From a bacterium (GTDB lineage Bacteria; Patescibacteriota; Saccharimonadia; UBA4664; JBBRNT01), in assembly GCA_043767845.1 (NCBI GenBank), contig JAYUFZ010000021.1:1-63648 (forward strand): 63,648 bases of DNA. The letters run 5' to 3'. The notes beneath the pieces are model-generated. The model was not told the origin of the DNA, did no database searches, and was given only the letters and a program-made list of their open reading frames with translations. Positions within the stretch are counted from its first letter, which is position 1. Each line of letters opens with the position of its first letter. Position numbers and translations under genes: made by a program. Of the stretch, positions 54,431-63,648 are shown piece by piece.

Positions 54431-57370
54431 ATGAAAAAAGTTGGCACGGCAGATTTTCCGGCGTTTGAGGCAGAAATGCTTAGGACCTGGGAAAGCGAAA
54501 AGACGTTTGAGAAAAGTATGGAACAGCGCAAAGATGCCCCAAACTTTAGTTTCTACGATGGGCCACCGTTTGCTAATGGCTTGCCGCATTTCGGTCACTC
54601 ACTCGTCACGGCTATCAAAGATTCGCTGGGGCGCTACAAAACGATGCAGGGGTATTACGTGGCCCGCCGCAATGGCTGGGACTGCCACGGCCTACCCGTC
54701 GAGTTTGCCATCGAAAAACAGCTTGGTGTGAGCGGCAAGAGGCAGATTATGGAAGAAGTTGGGCTGGAAAAATTCAACCAAGCCTGCCGGGACTCGGTAT
54801 TCCTCTACAAAGCCGATTGGGAAGCCTTCTTCCGGCGCATTGGACGCTGGACGCAGACCGAAGAGGCCTACGCCAGTATTGATCGCGATTATACCGAAAG
54901 CGTTTGGTGGGTGCTGGGTCAAGTGAACCAAAAAGGCCTGCTCTATAAAGGCTACAAAAGCATGCCGTACTGCCCGCGCTGCGAAACGCCGTTATCCAAT
55001 TTTGAGCTCAATGAAGGCTACAAAGACGATGTCAGTGATCCGAGCGTCTATGTGAAATTTGCTGTGGTAGGCAAGCCTGGCACTTACTTCTTGGCCTGGA
55101 CGACGACGCCCTGGACGCTGGCTGCCAATAGTGCGCTGGCCGTTGATGGTAAGGCTGATTATGTAAAAGTCGAGTTACTTGATGATGGTGATAGCTGGAA
55201 AAAAGGTGATCGATTGATACTAGCTAAGGCCCGATTGGACGTACTTGATTTACGCAAAGCCGAATATAAGGTTCTTGAGACCAAGAAAGGTAAGGAGTTG
55301 GCTGGGACCAAGTATCTGCCTTTGTACAATGTCGAAAGGCTGACCGATTCCGAAAAAGTGGCGGCTTACCAAATGTATGTCGATAGCTCGGCCAGTATTG
55401 AAGACGGTACAGGTATCGTCCACACTGGTACGCGCTATGGCGAGACCGATCTTGATCTCTGTTTGCGCATGGGCTTGCCGATGATCGAGACGGTTGACCG
55501 CAGTGGGCATATGACCAAGGTTTTAGGTGACGAAATCGGCGGTATGTTCTTTAAGAAGGCCGATAAATACATCATTGAGGATCTAACTAAGCAGGGCAAA
55601 ATCTTTGCCGCTGAGACTTTTAAGCATACCTATCCATTCTGCTACCGCTGCGACAGCCCTCTCTTGTACTTCGCGATCACTACTTGGTTTGTGGGGGTTT
55701 CGACTATCCGTGACAAGATGCTTAAAACCGCCCAAGAGATCAACTGGACACCAGGGCACATTAAGGACGGCCGCTTTGGCAAGTGGCTGGAGGGCGCCAG
55801 GGATTGGGCCATTAGCCGCAACCGTTACTGGGGCGCGCCGCTGCCTATTTGGGTCAATGAGGCCGATGAGAACGACTACATCGTTATCTCTAGTATGCAG
55901 GAGTTGCGTGACCTCGCTGGCGAGGATACCCAGCTTGACGATCTGCATCGGCCGTTTATCGACGAAGTGATATTTGAAAAAGATGGCAAGAAGTACAAGC
56001 GTGTCGAAGAAGTTTTTGACTGCTGGTTTGAGTCGGGGAGTATGCCCGTGGCCCAGCAGCATTATCCTTTTGAGAATAAAGAGGTGTTTGAGAAGTCGTT
56101 TCCGGCGGACTATATCGGCGAGGGCCTCGACCAAACCCGCCTGTGGTTCTATGTGCAGCATGTGCTAGCAACTATCCTTTTCGACCGACCGGCCTATAAG
56201 AATGTGCTCGTCAACGGCATGATCATGGCGGCTGATGGACAAAAGCTGAGCAAGCGGCTCAAGAACTATCCGCCGGTTGAGGATGTCTTTGGTAAAGAGG
56301 GGGCCGACACGTTGCGTTTCTATCTGCTCGGCAACGACCAGGCCCTCAGCGCCGACTACATGCGATTCAATCGGGAAGCGATGGTCGACATCCAGCGCAA
56401 TGTGTTCTCAACCCTTTGGAATACACTCAGCTTCTTATCGATGTATGCAGAGATTGATAAATGGCAGTCGACCGATAAGCTAGTACAGCCTAAGTCAAAG
56501 AGCGTTCTGGACCAATGGATCCTCGCGCGCTTGAATCAGACAATAGGCGAGATGACGGTGGCTGCTGATAAATATGAGATCGCGGCTGCCCTGCGGCCAC
56601 TGCGCAACCTCGTCGATGACCTGAGCAATTGGTATGTCCGCCGCAGCCGTCGCCGGTTCTGGAAAAGTGAGGACGATAGCGATAAGGCGTCGGCTTACGC
56701 GACATTGCATTACACGTTGGCTCGCATTTGTCAGCTCCTAGCACCATGGGCGCCGTTTGCCGCCGACAAAATGTGGCGGGAGTTGATGGCTGGGACTGAG
56801 GAAGCTGTGAGCGTTCACTTAAGTGACTGGCCGAAGGCCGAGAAGGTCGATAAGAAAATTCTTGAATCTATGTCGTTAGCTCGCCAGGTTATAACCGAAG
56901 CACTAGCACAGCGTGCAGAAAAGGGTAGAAAAGTCCGGCAACCATTGAGTCGAATGGTATATTCCTTACCAAATAAAATAGTCCTGGGGGATGATCTGAA
57001 TCAAATTATTATGGATGAAGTTAACGTAAAATCGTGTAACGAAATAGTTTCCCCAGATGGTAAGCTTGCTTTCTATGTCGACTTGAACACAGAAATTACT
57101 CAAGAGCTAGCACGCGAAGGCCTGGTCCGCGAAGTGGTGCGGCACGTCCAAACAGCGCGCAAAAATACTGGCCTGGACGTCGACGACCGCATAAATTTGG
57201 CGCTCATAACTCCCAACGAAGAACTACAAGCAGCCATCGAACAATTCGACAAACTAATCATCAAAGAAACTCTGACCACCGGCTTCAGCCTTGAACTTGG
57301 CGTCCGCGACACCACCCCGCCGGTCATGGCCAAGGAGGGCGGGCTGTGGGTGGAGCTGAGTAAGGTATAA
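54431..57370 (+). CDS. ileS: Isoleucine--tRNA ligase, type 2 (eukaryote-like)
   Basis: 'FYDGPPFANGLPHFGH', 'GWDCHGLPVE', 'AWTTTPWTL', 'DWAISRNRYWG', 'KLSKRLKNYP'; AAAGGAG SD before ATG 54431. Confidence 0.98.
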   Translation: MKKVGTADFPAFEAEMLRTWESEKTFEKSMEQRKDAPNFSFYDGPPFANGLPHFGHSLVTAIKDSLGRYKTMQGYYVARRNGWDCHGLPVEFAIEKQLGVSGKRQIMEEVGLEKFNQACRDSVFLYKADWEAFFRRIGRWTQTEEAYASIDRDYTESVWWVLGQVNQKGLLYKGYKSMPYCPRCETPLSNFELNEGYKDDVSDPSVYVKFAVVGKPGTYFLAWTTTPWTLAANSALAVDGKADYVKVELLDDGDSWKKGDRLILAKARLDVLDLRKAEYKVLETKKGKELAGTKYLPLYNVERLTDSEKVAAYQMYVDSSASIEDGTGIVHTGTRYGETDLDLCLRMGLPMIETVDRSGHMTKVLGDEIGGMFFKKADKYIIEDLTKQGKIFAAETFKHTYPFCYRCDSPLLYFAITTWFVGVSTIRDKMLKTAQEINWTPGHIKDGRFGKWLEGARDWAISRNRYWGAPLPIWVNEADENDYIVISSMQELRDLAGEDTQLDDLHRPFIDEVIFEKDGKKYKRVEEVFDCWFESGSMPVAQQHYPFENKEVFEKSFPADYIGEGLDQTRLWFYVQHVLATILFDRPAYKNVLVNGMIMAADGQKLSKRLKNYPPVEDVFGKEGADTLRFYLLGNDQALSADYMRFNREAMVDIQRNVFSTLWNTLSFLSMYAEIDKWQSTDKLVQPKSKSVLDQWILARLNQTIGEMTVAADKYEIAAALRPLRNLVDDLSNWYVRRSRRRFWKSEDDSDKASAYATLHYTLARICQLLAPWAPFAADKMWRELMAGTEEAVSVHLSDWPKAEKVDKKILESMSLARQVITEALAQRAEKGRKVRQPLSRMVYSLPNKIVLGDDLNQIIMDEVNVKSCNEIVSPDGKLAFYVDLNTEITQELAREGLVREVVRHVQTARKNTGLDVDDRINLALITPNEELQAAIEQFDKLIIKETLTTGFSLELGVRDTTPPVMAKEGGLWVELSKV

Positions 57371-57394
57371 TAGATACCTAAGCAAAGAGGGCGA

Positions 57395-58501
57395 GTGAAC
57401 TTACGATTTCTCAAAAACTTTGATTGGTTGCTGTTTGGCGTCACTATCCTGCTTGTGGTGATCGGCCTGCTTGTCATCTACTCGACGTCGTTTAAAGCGG
57501 CTGTTCATCTGGCGCCGGCCGACGTCCGCAATCAAGTTGTCTTTGCCGCCATTGGCCTGCTAGCGCTTATCGGCGTCGCCCAGATCGACTACCGTGTTTG
57601 GTCGAAAACGACTACTTGGATGTACTTTGCCGCCCTTAGCCTTCTCTTAATAGTTCGCTTTGCGGGCAAAACAGTGCTTGGCGGCCAACGCTGGATCAAT
57701 CTTGGTTTTTTCCAATTGCAGCCTTCGGAACTAGTGAAGCTGGTCTTGATCATTGTGCTTGCCAAGTTTTTTAGCGAGCACTACGACCGCATGGATCGGC
57801 CACGCTACCTCTTCCAATCCATGGTATTCATGCTTATTCCGGCAGCGTTGGTAATGAGCCAGCCCGATCTGGGGACGGCCATGGTGCTGACCTTTATCTG
57901 GCTTGCTATGGTGCTCTCGACAAAAGTGCAGAAGAAGTACCTGGCAGCCATTTTTGTACTGGGGGCTATCAGCTTGCCGATCGTGATTGGCTTCCTCAAG
58001 CCATACCAGAAAGCACGCCTCGTAACCTTCTTTAACCCGACGGCTAATCCTTTAGGCAGCGGCTACAATGTGGTGCAATCAACTATCGCCGTGGGAAGTG
58101 GCCAGTGGTTTGGTCGGGGACTAGCTGCCGGGAGCCAGAGCCAGCTCAACTTCTTACCGAGCCAGCATACTGACTTTATCTTTGCCGTTTTGGCTGAGAA
58201 ATTGGGTTTTGTAGGGGCCTTACTCCTGCTTTTTCTATTTGCTGCACTCTTATTGCGAGGTTTAGTTATAGCCTGGCGCGCCCGTGACAGATTTGGCATG
58301 TTCCTAGCAATCGGCATTGTAGCCATGCTTTTATTCCACATGTTCATCAATGTTGGCATGAACATTGGCATCATGCCCGTCACCGGTATCCCGTTGCCCT
58401 TCGTGTCCTACGGAGGAACCAGCTTGATTATCGGTATGGCCGCCGTCGGTATCCTCGAAAGTATTGCCGTTCGCCGCAAGAAGATTGAGTTCGGAGCCTA
58501 A
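57395..58501 (+). CDS. rodA: Rod shape-determining protein RodA (SEDS)
   Basis: 'GGQRWINLG..QLQPSELVK', 'QPDLGTA', 'GYNVVQSTIAVGSG', 'PSQHTDFIF', 'TGIPLPFVSYGG'. Confidence 0.95.
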   Translation: MNLRFLKNFDWLLFGVTILLVVIGLLVIYSTSFKAAVHLAPADVRNQVVFAAIGLLALIGVAQIDYRVWSKTTTWMYFAALSLLLIVRFAGKTVLGGQRWINLGFFQLQPSELVKLVLIIVLAKFFSEHYDRMDRPRYLFQSMVFMLIPAALVMSQPDLGTAMVLTFIWLAMVLSTKVQKKYLAAIFVLGAISLPIVIGFLKPYQKARLVTFFNPTANPLGSGYNVVQSTIAVGSGQWFGRGLAAGSQSQLNFLPSQHTDFIFAVLAEKLGFVGALLLLFLFAALLLRGLVIAWRARDRFGMFLAIGIVAMLLFHMFINVGMNIGIMPVTGIPLPFVSYGGTSLIIGMAAVGILESIAVRRKKIEFGA

Positions 58502-58554
58502 AGCGCCGTCGATCGAGCGTGTTATACTTCTAGTAATTATTTTGAGGGAATCAG

Positions 58555-58947
58555 ATGGGCGCAGAATTAGGAGCTCCAGAAGACAGCCAGGCGGAGCAGA
58601 GCGGTGAGTCATCGGTGGATTACGATGCCTTGTATAAGGCGGAGCATCCCGATGCCGAGATGGATCCTGCTAGGGCAGAAGCGATGGCCTACGCATCAGA
58701 CGAATCGGAAGTAAAAATGGACGGCTTGCTGAAATCAGCCCTTGGCCAGGCAGAAGGCACGGCAGACAGCGCCCGAAACGCTACCGAGCAGGAGAGGATT
58801 GCCCGAGCTATCCCAGATCTTATAGCTGCTGATTCGGCGCGCGTTCAGGCTAATAGAGAGGCTGAGGCTGCCGGCCTTGCTTTCGATCAAGAGGCCGCAG
58901 CTACGCCCCATGAGGCTTCCCCCGAGGTAGAGTCCAAGCAGGATTAA
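58555..58947 (+). CDS. Acidic Ala/Glu-rich hypothetical protein
   Basis: GAGGG SD-like sequence; 130-aa low-complexity helical ORF. Confidence 0.55.
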   Translation: MGAELGAPEDSQAEQSGESSVDYDALYKAEHPDAEMDPARAEAMAYASDESEVKMDGLLKSALGQAEGTADSARNATEQERIARAIPDLIAADSARVQANREAEAAGLAFDQEAAATPHEASPEVESKQD

Positions 58948-59042
58948 CTTGCTGAGGCTTTACAACCGAAGCGAAACCTGATAATATTTGTGAGTTATTT
59001 GAGCGCTCTGCGCCCATAAGAAATTAAGTAAAGAAGACACAC

Positions 59043-59342
59043 ATGCAAGCTATAATTATCGCTGGCGGAAAACAATACATCGTCACAAAAGACCAAACTT
59101 TGAACATCGACCTGCTCGGTGACGCCAAAACTATTGAGTTCGAAGCCTTGATGACTATTGACGGCGACAAAATCGAAGTCGGTACACCAGTCGTTAAGGG
59201 CGTTAAGGTAAAAGCCGACGTACTTGGTATGGTCAAAGGTGAGAAGCTCGAGATCATGCGTTTCAAGGCCAAAAAACGCAGCAAGGTACATACTGGCCAC
59301 CGCCAGAAATACTCCGAGATCAAGATCAGCTCAATCGGTTAA
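59043..59342 (+). CDS. rplU: 50S ribosomal protein L21
   Basis: 'AIII.GGKQYIV', 'GTPVV.G.KV.A', 'KGEKL....FKAKKR....GHRQ.YS.IKI'. Confidence 0.96.
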   Translation: MQAIIIAGGKQYIVTKDQTLNIDLLGDAKTIEFEALMTIDGDKIEVGTPVVKGVKVKADVLGMVKGEKLEIMRFKAKKRSKVHTGHRQKYSEIKISSIG

Positions 59343-59354
59343 TAAGACTCAAAT

Positions 59355-59381
59355 AAAACCACCGACCGCGGTGGTTTTTTT
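59355..59381 (+). terminator. Terminator after rplU
   Basis: aaaaccaccg-accg-cggtggtttt then a T-run. Confidence 0.85.
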
Positions 59382-59426
59382 GTTCGCATGATATCTGGTA
59401 TACTAGGGGGAGTATGAGGGAAATTC

Positions 59427-60197
59427 GTGGCTAAAATAATAGCTTTGGCCAATCAAAAAGGTGGCGTTGGTAAGACAACGACCACTATTAATCTGGGCGC
59501 TTACCTGGCCAAAGAAGGGAAGCGCGTGTTGGTCGTGGACCTGGACCCCCAGGGCAATACCACCAGCGGCCTGGGTGTCGATCGCAAAACTGTCCAGCAA
59601 GACCTCTACCATGTCTTGCTCGATGACATCGCCCCAGCCAAGATTATCCGTAAAACCAGCTTTCATGGCATGCAGCTGTTGCCCGCCTCGGCCGTGCTAG
59701 CCGCCGCCGAAGTAGAATTGGTAGGTGCCGATGCCCGTGAGTTCAAGCTCAAACGTGCCCTCCGCCAACTCGACTACGACTTTGTGCTCATCGACTGTCC
59801 GCCATCGCTCGGACTCCTAACGATTAACGGCCTGGTGGCCGCCCATGCCGTCATAATTCCCGTACAAGCCGAATACTACGCGCTGGAGGGTCTTGGGCAG
59901 CTGATATCGACTATTGGTCGCGTTCGCCAGGGCTTGAACCCAGAACTAGATATACTTGGCGTACTCTTGACCATGCACAATGGCCGCACAACACTTTCTG
60001 GCCAGGTACACGATGAAGTGAAGCGCCATTTTGGTGAGAAGGTCTTTGACACAGTCATCCCCCGCAATGTGCGGCTTGCCGAAGCACCCAGCTTCGGGCA
60101 GCCCATCTCGCATTTCGACAAATGGAGTAAGGGCGCCAGAGCCTACAAGGATTTTGCCAAAGAAGTAAGTAATCGGTCTAAGGGAGAAGTGAAATGA
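59427..60197 (+). CDS. parA: Chromosome partitioning ATPase ParA/Soj
   Basis: 'ANQKGGVGKTTT', 'DLDPQGN.TSGLG', 'IDCPPSLG', 'IPRNVRLAEAPSFG'. Confidence 0.97.
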   Translation: MAKIIALANQKGGVGKTTTTINLGAYLAKEGKRVLVVDLDPQGNTTSGLGVDRKTVQQDLYHVLLDDIAPAKIIRKTSFHGMQLLPASAVLAAAEVELVGADAREFKLKRALRQLDYDFVLIDCPPSLGLLTINGLVAAHAVIIPVQAEYYALEGLGQLISTIGRVRQGLNPELDILGVLLTMHNGRTTLSGQVHDEVKRHFGEKVFDTVIPRNVRLAEAPSFGQPISHFDKWSKGARAYKDFAKEVSNRSKGEVK

Positions 60198-61078
60198 GTA
60201 CACAGAAAAGCAGGGGATTAGGCCGCGGGTTCGACGCCTTACTGCCGACTGGCGTTACCGACCCCGAGTTTGACGTGACGGCCAAGATTGGCGGTGGCGT
60301 AGCCGAGATCGATGTCGAGCTTATCGCTCCCAATAGGCAGCAGCCGCGCCAAGCTTTTGGTGAAGCTGCCTTGACTCAACTGGCCGACTCGATCGCGGTA
60401 CACGGCGTCCTACAGCCAATTGTCGTAACCAGCCTCGACAATGGCCGCTTCGAGCTGGTCGCCGGCGAGCGGCGCCTGCGGGCTTCGAAGCTAGCTGGCC
60501 TTAAAACCATTCCGGCGCTGGTGCGCAGCTTCGACGAGCAAACCAAGCTAGAGCTGGCGCTCATCGAGAACTTGCAACGCGAAGACCTCAACCCACTAGA
60601 AATTGCCACCGCCTACCGCAAGCTGGCCGATCAATTCTCGATGACGCTCGACCAAATAGCGGCTCGCGTCGGTAAGGATAAATCGACAGTCTCCAATGCT
60701 ATGCGGCTTTTGAACCTTCCAACCGAGGCCAAGCGGGTACTGGCCGCCGGCGAGATTACCGAAGGCCACGCCAGGACCATCCTGATGCTCGACGACCCGA
60801 TCAAACAAGCTTTACTCTTGCATACTATCAAGACCAAGTACCTCAGCGTTCGTCAGGCCGAGGAGTTTGCCCGTGGACTGCGCGAGAAAGTTGGCGGTAT
60901 CGAGAAAGCTCATAAGCGGATTGAAAACTCCAACGAACTGACCAAAACTCTGAGCGAATACCTTGGCACCCGCGTCACCATGCGCAGTACCGCCAAAGGT
61001 GGCCAACTAACCATCGACTACTATTCGGACGAAGAACTGGAACGCATCTACGCTGCCATCCGACACGTCACTGAGTAG
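60194..61078 (+). CDS. parB: Chromosome partitioning protein ParB/Spo0J
   Basis: 'GLGRGFDALL', 'QPRQ.F', 'GVLQPIVV', 'AGERRLRAS', 'ENLQREDLNPLE', 'EGHAR'. Confidence 0.97.
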   Translation: MSTQKSRGLGRGFDALLPTGVTDPEFDVTAKIGGGVAEIDVELIAPNRQQPRQAFGEAALTQLADSIAVHGVLQPIVVTSLDNGRFELVAGERRLRASKLAGLKTIPALVRSFDEQTKLELALIENLQREDLNPLEIATAYRKLADQFSMTLDQIAARVGKDKSTVSNAMRLLNLPTEAKRVLAAGEITEGHARTILMLDDPIKQALLLHTIKTKYLSVRQAEEFARGLREKVGGIEKAHKRIENSNELTKTLSEYLGTRVTMRSTAKGGQLTIDYYSDEELERIYAAIRHVTE

Positions 61079-61167
61079 CTCGAATGCCCTCAACCCTCAA
61101 CCCTCAACTCCGAAGCCTAACGGCCTGCGTTTTTCGATGTAGTTCGTTCTAGCTCGCCCTAGCCTTG

Positions 61168-61287
61168 CGAGCCACCTATTTAGATGCAGATCGCGGAGGG
61201 CTGAGCACCGTAAATGAGGCGCACTTAATGGTGCGGTGAATGCGGAGCGCAAAGCCCAACAATGATATGCGCTAAATAGGTGGCTCG
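61168..61287. repeat. 120-bp palindromic REP/MITE-like element between convergent parB and lepB
   Basis: Perfect 16-bp terminal inverted repeats CGAGCCACCTATTTAG (61168-83 / 61272-87) enclosing nested imperfect stems. Confidence 0.6.
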
Positions 61288-61929
61288 TTAAAAGAACTTG
61301 GCGTTGGCGACGGGTAGGAGGCGCATAACAGCCTCACCAACAATATAGCTCGATGGCAAGAAACCCCACTCTCTAGAGTCGAAGGAGCCATTCGGGAGAC
61401 GGTTGTCACCCATAACGAATATTTGGCCGGTGGGTACTGTATCGTCGACGGTGCCAAGTGAGATATCGGAGCTTAAGGTGAGGCCTTTATCGGGGTCGAA
61501 ACCTTCTGGATTGGCATTATTGTAAATGGTTACCTTACCGTCTTTTACGACAACTCGCTCGCCTGGGAGGCCGATTACACGCTTTACGAACACCAGTGAC
61601 GGATCTTTGGGATAGTGAAAGACTACAATTTCGTCACGCTTTGGTATGTAACTATCTTGTTTGCCAAATAGCTTACTTATTTTAGACCCAGTGGCGCCAA
61701 GCTTGGAGATGATCAGGTAGTCCGACTCATGGAGCGTGGGGGTCATACTAGTGCCCAGTACGTGGAAAGCTTGGAATACGAAATTGTGCAAGATGAGTAC
61801 GATAGCTATGGGAACGATTACCCAGTTCAGTATCCCAAACATGACAGTCTTTAGTACCGACAAAATACTGGTCGCGGTATTGGATTCTTCGGTATTGGTT
61901 GTGTCGCTGTCGGTCAGTTTGGGTGGCAT
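61288..61929 (-). CDS. lepB: Signal peptidase I
   Basis: TM then 'GTSMTPTL' (Ser), 'FVKRVIGLPGE' (Lys), 'FVMGDNR', 'DSREWG'. Confidence 0.96.
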   Translation of the reverse strand: MPPKLTDSDTTNTEESNTATSILSVLKTVMFGILNWVIVPIAIVLILHNFVFQAFHVLGTSMTPTLHESDYLIISKLGATGSKISKLFGKQDSYIPKRDEIVVFHYPKDPSLVFVKRVIGLPGERVVVKDGKVTIYNNANPEGFDPDKGLTLSSDISLGTVDDTVPTGQIFVMGDNRLPNGSFDSREWGFLPSSYIVGEAVMRLLPVANAKFF

Positions 61930-62129
61930 AAGTATGGATCCTGGGTATGTTGATGACGTGGCAAGCGCGACGCCTTAGTCTATAAGTATAGTGCCAAGGG
62001 TAGGTGCGGGCAAGCAGATTTCCTGGACGCTTTCAGGTTGTTCACAGCTTTATAGATGGTAGTAACAGCTTTGGGCCAGGGGGTCGGGTTGCTTTACCGG
62101 AGCGAACTAAAAAGTTATACTTTAGGGCA

Positions 62130-63648
62130 ATGGATAAGTCCGACAGAAATCATTTTGGTGGCCAGGGGAGCAATGGCCCGCGGCGGGTTGATGGGCCGCT
62201 GCGACAAGTGCGCCGACCTATGACAGGGCAGCCGCTGCCGCGTCCGGTAGTTGGGCAATCAGTGGGTGAATCGGCACCCTCCACGGCAAACCCGCTAGCC
62301 ACCCCAGCGCTGGAACGGCCAGTATTCACCTATCCGAATTCCCGGAAACGCGGCAAAAAGAAATCGTGGTTTAAGCGCTTGCTCCTGCTACTGGCTTTGG
62401 TACTGGTAGCCGGCGGGTTGTACTTCGGTGTCAAAATACTGCTTGCTACCAATAAGATTATTAACCGCAATACGACCAATGGCGCCCCCGCTCTGGCTGG
62501 GGCCATAGACGCTACCAAGCTGCGTGGCGAAGGAGACGGCCGAATCAATATTTTGCTCCTTGGCGTCGGTGGCGTCGGTCATGCCGGCCCCTACTTGAGC
62601 GATACCATCATGGTGGTCAGCATCGATCCTAAAACCAAGGATGTGGCCATGCTCTCTATACCGAGAGACCTGTGGGTGTCGATCCCGGGTTTTGGGAGCG
62701 CCAAGATCAACGCTGCCTGCTCCTATGGCGAGACTGAGAACTATCCGGGAGGCTGCGGCGCGCTTGCTAAAGCAACAGTCGAAAAGATTCTCGACCTGCC
62801 AATCCATTACTACGTTCGAGTCGATTTTAGTGCCTTTAAGCAAGCTGTTAACTCGGTGGGTGGCGTCGATATTCTTGTAGATAAAGCCTTGAGTGATCCA
62901 TACTATCCAAACGAAACCGACGGCTACGCCCCACTCTATATCCCCGCAGGCCTCAAACACATGAATGGCGACCTCGCCTTACGTTATGCTCGCTCACGGG
63001 AGACGACGAGCGATTTCGACCGCGCCGCCCGCCAGCAAAAAGTAATCGTAGCCCTCAAGGAAAAAGCCTTGTCGCTGGGAACTTTAACCAATCCGGCCAA
63101 AATATCCGGCCTTATCGATAGCGTTGGCGACCATGTAAAGACCGATCTCCAGTTGTTTGAAATTAAAAAGTTAGCCGAGCTGGTCAAGGATATCGACTCT
63201 ACCAAGATCATAAGTAAGGTACTCGACACGTCGCCCGACGGATTGCTGGTGGATCACTCCGGCGATGAACGCGGCTACATTGAGCTGCCTAAGTCGGGTG
63301 ACTTTAGTGATATTCGAAACTTCGCGCACTCCATCTTTACCGATAGCTATTTAAAGTCCGAAAGTGCCCGAGTCGAAGTCCAGAATGGGACTTTGCGCCC
63401 GGGACTTGCGGGGACGGTCACCAAGCTCTTGACCAGCTACGGCTACAATGTCACAAGCACTGTCACAGCCGCCGACCAATATCAGGCCACCACCTTGATA
63501 TATGACTATACTGGCGGCGCAAAGCCATATACGGTACAATACCTGGAGAAAAGATTTGGAGTAAAAGTCCGTAAGATGACGCCCGCCACCGGCGACCCCG
63601 ATATTCGCATAATATTGGGCAATGATTACAAGACGCCGACCGCTGGCA
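62130..63648 (+). CDS. LCP (LytR-CpsA-Psr) family glycopolymer transferase with LytR_C domain (partial, runs off window end)
   Basis: Manual translation from ATG 62130 (TATACT 8 nt upstream): basic region, TM, 'RINILLLGVGG.GHAG..LSDTIMVVSIDPKT..VAMLSIPRDLWV', 'YARSR..TSDFDRAARQQ', 'VEVQNGT...GLA'. Absent from the track because it has no stop in the window. Confidence 0.92.
   Translation, partial: MDKSDRNHFGGQGSNGPRRVDGPLRQVRRPMTGQPLPRPVVGQSVGESAPSTANPLATPALERPVFTYPNSRKRGKKKSWFKRLLLLLALVLVAGGLYFGVKILLATNKIINRNTTNGAPALAGAIDATKLRGEGDGRINILLLGVGGVGHAGPYLSDTIMVVSIDPKTKDVAMLSIPRDLWVSIPGFGSAKINAACSYGETENYPGGCGALAKATVEKILDLPIHYYVRVDFSAFKQAVNSVGGVDILVDKALSDPYYPNETDGYAPLYIPAGLKHMNGDLALRYARSRETTSDFDRAARQQKVIVALKEKALSLGTLTNPAKISGLIDSVGDHVKTDLQLFEIKKLAELVKDIDSTKIISKVLDTSPDGLLVDHSGDERGYIELPKSGDFSDIRNFAHSIFTDSYLKSESARVEVQNGTLRPGLAGTVTKLLTSYGYNVTSTVTAADQYQATTLIYDYTGGAKPYTVQYLEKRFGVKVRKMTPATGDPDIRIILGNDYKTPTAG

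Noticed and set aside
59340-62130. parS site near parAB
   Set aside because: No match to TGTTTCACGTGAAACA was seen; parS may lie elsewhere.
1-63648. Alternative genetic code (TGA=Gly) as in Gracilibacteria/Absconditabacteria
   Set aside because: TGA ends several genes at their expected C-termini (dockerin genes, nrdR, nrdJ, infB-upstream ylxR), often in ATGA overlaps.
1-63648. rRNA, tRNA, transposase, integrase or prophage genes
   Set aside because: None recognised by motif or structure; a tRNAscan/Infernal run would be needed to exclude atypical small RNAs.

Overview
Chromosomal window from a small-genome bacterium, most likely Patescibacteria/CPR (Saccharibacteria-like). This is inferred from a short IF2 and S1, the ftsA-ftsZ-nrdR-nrdJ order, many leaderless genes, cohesin/dockerin surface proteins and no biosynthetic genes; TGA is used as stop (code 11). 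Bases 1-14.2 kb hold a tandem array of at least six secreted dockerin-tailed proteins, followed by a membrane-anchored single-cohesin protein: a candidate cellulosome-like surface display system. Five dockerin genes are complete (three share an unrecognised ~520-aa domain, two are beta-helix proteins, with CBM-like, Ig or DUF4082-like modules). The rest is mostly housekeeping (rpsA-ylxR-infB-rbfA, fmt/def, priA, secDF, recJ-rel-hisS, rpsU-yqeY-ybeY-dgkA-adk-map-ftsAZ, nrdR-nrdJ, yggT-ileS, rodA, rplU, parAB, lepB, LCP) with ORFans in between. The intergenic DNA is rich in structure. It includes a ~230-nt RNA after rpsU whose two hairpins have exactly complementary internal loops (a double-crossover fold with two perfect four-way junctions), a complete Val-codon leader-peptide attenuator upstream of unknown genes, an actinobacterial-type ileS T-box, a standalone 6S-like ncRNA candidate, and co-varying stem-loops over dockerin-gene stop codons. 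No rRNA, tRNA, CRISPR array or transposase was recognised. All calls come from reading the sequence and the ORF track; no database search or folding program was run.
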